A DNA stretch of 64,000 nucleotides, from positions 70,556,001 to 70,620,000 of the forward strand of contig NW_026262712.1 of NCBI RefSeq assembly GCF_021869535.1, in the 5' to 3' direction. Positions 60,483 to 64,000 of the stretch are shown one piece after another. The notes under the pieces were generated by a model, which ran no database searches, was not told where the DNA came from, and was given only the letters and a program-made list of their open reading frames with translations. Source of the DNA: Mytilus californianus. Lineage: Eukaryota. Position 1 is the first letter of the stretch. Each line of letters starts with the position of its first letter. Position numbers and translations under genes: made by a program.

Positions 60483-63438
60483 AGTGTATGGCGTAAATTT
60501 AAAATTTTCCGTTTTAGTTAAAATGATTGAGTTCAATGGCACGGGCAAGTAATCAACCGGGTCAACAGGTAACAAAATCAATGATCCATAACGTAAGAAA
60601 GTCTATTTTACAATTACACTCATGATTCTTAATAAAAATGTGCCGTAGGGCTAAAAGTTAATAAAGAATTAATGAATTTATGTATACGTATTAGTATTTA
60701 AGTTGTTGATGTTTGACCGTCAGTTTTAATATATGCTATGTTTTATATTCAATAAAATAATGAATCTGAATCTATTATAGCTTAGTATGTGTAGTTTAAG
60801 GTTCTTACAATATTATATATTTCTAAACACTATACCAAAAGATAATGCAAAATATTTGAGCGCTGCATGGCAAACCATTATAAAAACATGTACAGTTCGG
60901 AAGTTTGTTTAATATTCAAAAGAAACTTTTCGCTTCTCTACTTATATAGTTTAGAGAGTATTCCTTTAAATTGCGTCAGTTATATAAAGTGGTGTGTATT
61001 TGTATTCTATTTATTTGGCAAAATTGTATCACTATACATACATTTTGTATTTCACAACTATATATACTATAAGTTGTGAATTGTGATTGATTGTTGGTTG
61101 CTTAAAGTCCAGTGGCAAATATTTCATGCATGTTCTGGACGAACTGTGGGTCTATGACATGGGACCCACCAGTGTAGGTTTCATGTGGTATAATATTTAA
61201 AAGTAACTTAAATTTAATTAACATGAATTTTGAATAAATCGAAACATAACGGGAGCTAGCTATATATAGACGCATGGATCGCCCGGACCTATCAGTTCTT
61301 TTCTCTGTTTTGTCTTAAAAAAATTAATGCTTTTTTTTATATTTCGATTTATTTTGTACTTTTATATGATTTACGATAACTGTGGTTTATACGTGCTGCC
61401 AGACGAAAGATCTCTATGTATCCTCTAGATGTCTTTTTTTTTTTGTGGATTGGTTGCTTTGTCATTGACGTTTAACACAAAACTTTTATTAATTAAGTGT
61501 GATCTATGTAGAAATTCAAACGTACTTAAGAATGAAGGATGAAAATTCAGGCTTTAAATAAAAATGGTCATTAAATAGCCACACAATTAAAAGAATAAGA
61601 AAAATGTAAGTGTTGGAATAACATATACAATATATATGTGCATTGTCGGAAAATATAATTTTTATTTTACGAACTTTGGTAACTGGACAAAAAGAGAGGC
61701 GTACCAATCTTTTCTCCTTTTGTGTAGCGAATACAAATGAACTGATCCTAGTTATTTCGTATAGCATTTCTTTTAAATAATAAAATCGCGCGTGCTCTAT
61801 CTCAAAAAAGATGCTCACAGTGCAGTGTACTACTTTTGAGACAAATTATATCAAATTATCAAAATATCAATCTCTAACTTAATATGTAAACATAATACAT
61901 GTAACAGCACCCCTTCTAGTCCTTAGTGGCATAGTATACGTCCTTAGTGCATTAAGGACTCCTTAGCAGTGTTTAGACGTACCGAAATTATAGAGCAGTC
62001 TAACAGCTCTAACTCAAAATGTGAACCATTCTATGTTGCGGGTTGGGGTCTACAATTTAGTTTGAAAGCTTCAATCATACAAGTGTTTTATCCTTTTAAT
62101 TTGGACTAAATCACTACTTTACCTTAAATTTCACACACACACACATTTGCGGTACGTCTAAACACCGCTCAGGACCTCCTGAGTGCACTCAGGACATACA
62201 AAGTGCACTCAGGACATGAAAAATATGTTTTGGTTAGTGGTGAAGGTATGCATTCGATAGATAATTTAATTCTTCATCTTATAATTTTTGTTTTGATAAA
62301 ATCAATTTAATATTTAAAAAGTTATTAAGGTTTTCATCGGCACGCGCCGTTTTTATGAAATATGTCAGGCATGACCGATGATTATAGTGAATACCAATTA
62401 TCATGTTGATTAGGTCGTTTGATCTTTAATAATTAGGAGTGATTAGTGATGGTACTTACCTCACATTCGTGAAAAGGGAAGGGTATTGAAGTTACGACAT
62501 AAGGAACATATCCGATATCATCTGTGAAACGGTTATTCCATAACGGTCAACCAATGACATGTTTATGGCCCAATTAACACCTTTAATGATCAGTAATCTG
62601 TTGATCAGTCGATCTCGAGTTGATTAGTGACACCACTTCGGATTACACGTGTGCAACAATTAAAATGTTTACTTTGCAATTTCCTCCAATTAAACAATTT
62701 GTATTCAGAGATGAATCAGCTTATTTCTGAAGGTAATTATTTTATTAAAAACAATGATGAATGTTGTTAGAAATGAAAGACGAACATGTAAGTGAAAATA
62801 AATATCATATGAATATTTTCAACAATCTTCGTTTCTGATGGATTCAAATTCTTCACCCGATTTTTTTTCTTCTGAAAACTAAAATCCACGAATTTAAGAA
62901 CCCACGAACATGTAACTTTTGCTCAATCCACGAAAATTGATACCCACAAATAAAAGTACTTTCACAGTAATAGATAATAATTATCGGATGTATATATTTG
63001 ATTTATTTATAACACCAGAAACTAATAACGTACCTATCTCTATCAAATACAATAAGTTTGGATATGCGTTCTGAACAGTTAAATGTTAACTATGCTTGCT
63101 TTTTTTTAACTGATATTCTTTCTATTCTTTCAGGGAACTCATACAATTGTGATAATAACCATAACTGCTGTATTGGCTGCGGACCACAAGAACAGTTTTA
63201 TGGCTGTTCAGATATAGCTATTTCATCGTCTGATTCAAGGCAGTTTTCTAATACTGGTGTTCAACAAGAACGCCCACTTGGTTTCTTACTAATTTCAGGA
63301 CAAACTGTTGGTACATGCCAAGCAACACCACTTTTCAAAAGTCGATATCCGTATGCAGACAGATATTGTGTATTACAATGCAACCAGAATAAATGTCCAC
63401 CAAGTACATACTGCACTGATGATTGTAGAATCCACTGA
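57874..63438 (+). CDS. LPMO copy D: secreted AA15-type LPMO with C-terminal 6-Cys module, 276 aa
   Basis: Coding exons 57874-58029, 58562-58931 and 63134-63438 (156/370/305 bp), GT-AG and open. His1, TATHRGYFEFRLCP, EQFYGCSDIAI. The last intron is 4.2 kb and repeat-filled. Confidence 0.9.
59158..59376 (+). mobile_element. Family R1 repeat, well-preserved copy, in the last intron of LPMO D
   Basis: aaagagggacgaaagataccagagggacagtcaaactc...gtgctccggaagggtaagcagatcctgctcc; homologous to 3898-4040 and 24911-24950. Confidence 0.8.
61919..62215. mobile_element. MITE of about 300 bp with TIRs of about 70 bp, in the last intron of LPMO D
   Basis: gtccttagtgg...cagtgtttagacgtaccgaaa (61919-61987) versus tttgcggtacgtctaaacaccgctcaggac...gtgcactcaggac (62146-62215). 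Confidence 0.8.
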
Positions 63439-64000
63439 ATGTGGACGCATTTTACAAAATATATACTCATTTACTAACATTTTATTTGATACAAACTTTA
63501 TTTTTGTTTACAATGTTTTTATAAATGTATTTATTGCTATTGCATAATTATCTTTTTTTATAAATAGAATCGTTTATTGATAGATTTGTTGTTATTTCAA
63601 AGACAAAAAACTAAGTTATCGTCTGCAAAGGCGGTAAAGGGCTATACATTTGACAAAAGAGATGGATAGATAGATATTTTATTCTCTAAAAGGTACAATT
63701 TACATAGTCAAACACTGTATCAAGATAAAATATAATACTCTAAGAACAATTTGCAACACTTCCATTGCGACCAATAAGGGTAAATAAGACTGCCCATATA
63801 TTTGTAGAAAATGCTCAAAATGGTCTTAAAGTAACAGCATGTCTGTGTGAATTGTTTAAAGATTTGATTAAAGAAGAAAACTAAATAATTATGACACAAA
63901 ATTGAGGATGAAAATTGCCTCTCCCAATATATTTTTTTTTGCGAGGAAATTTTAGTTTCTGTTCATTTGTAATTAATCATACAATCACCTCTTTGTCAAT

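Noticed and set aside
692-61818. Most 60-100-aa ORFs in the supplied track (Phe/Ile/Leu/Lys-rich)
   Set aside because: Their composition reflects AT-rich intronic, intergenic or repeat DNA; many use non-ATG starts and none shows domain motifs.
63439-64000. A second TLR downstream of LPMO D, expected if the TLR was part of the duplicated block
   Set aside because: Similarity to the region after B fades about 120 bp past the stop and no LRR coding sequence is visible; the window ends too soon to exclude one further on.
1-64000. tRNA, rRNA or snRNA genes
   Set aside because: No cloverleaf, rRNA or snRNA-like sequence was recognised by eye; only decayed SINE-like tails (about 12270-12310, 25460-25495, 61085-61135). 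A covariance-model scan would be needed to exclude them formally.

Overview
AT-rich, intron-containing animal DNA, most likely from a mytilid bivalve (inferred from the repeat landscape and gene content; not verified by search). The core is a four-copy array of secreted copper-dependent lytic polysaccharide monooxygenase genes (AA15-type). They sit as two head-to-head pairs: A(-) 20803-22419 with B(+) 28554-31365, and pseudogene C(-) 48751-50561 with D(+) 57874-63438. A, B and D have identical 156/370/305-bp coding exons, an intact histidine brace and a C-terminal six-cysteine module. An intact single-exon Toll-like receptor (32457-34970) lies 1.1 kb downstream of B. Homologous intergenic sequence shows the pair was duplicated as a block of about 28-29 kb. 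A GATA/forkhead-like/TATA promoter module is kept in the three intact copies and decayed in C. The rest is mobile DNA: a full-length, TSD-flanked but inactivated L1/Tx1-type LINE (12476-19603), a decayed CR1/L2-group LINE with a degenerate 2A-like motif (about 39440-46300), a YqaJ-exonuclease remnant, a Helentron/pearl-like element, several MITEs and foldbacks, a dimeric satellite, and two orphan exon-like islands. All coordinates and counts were read by eye, with no database searches.
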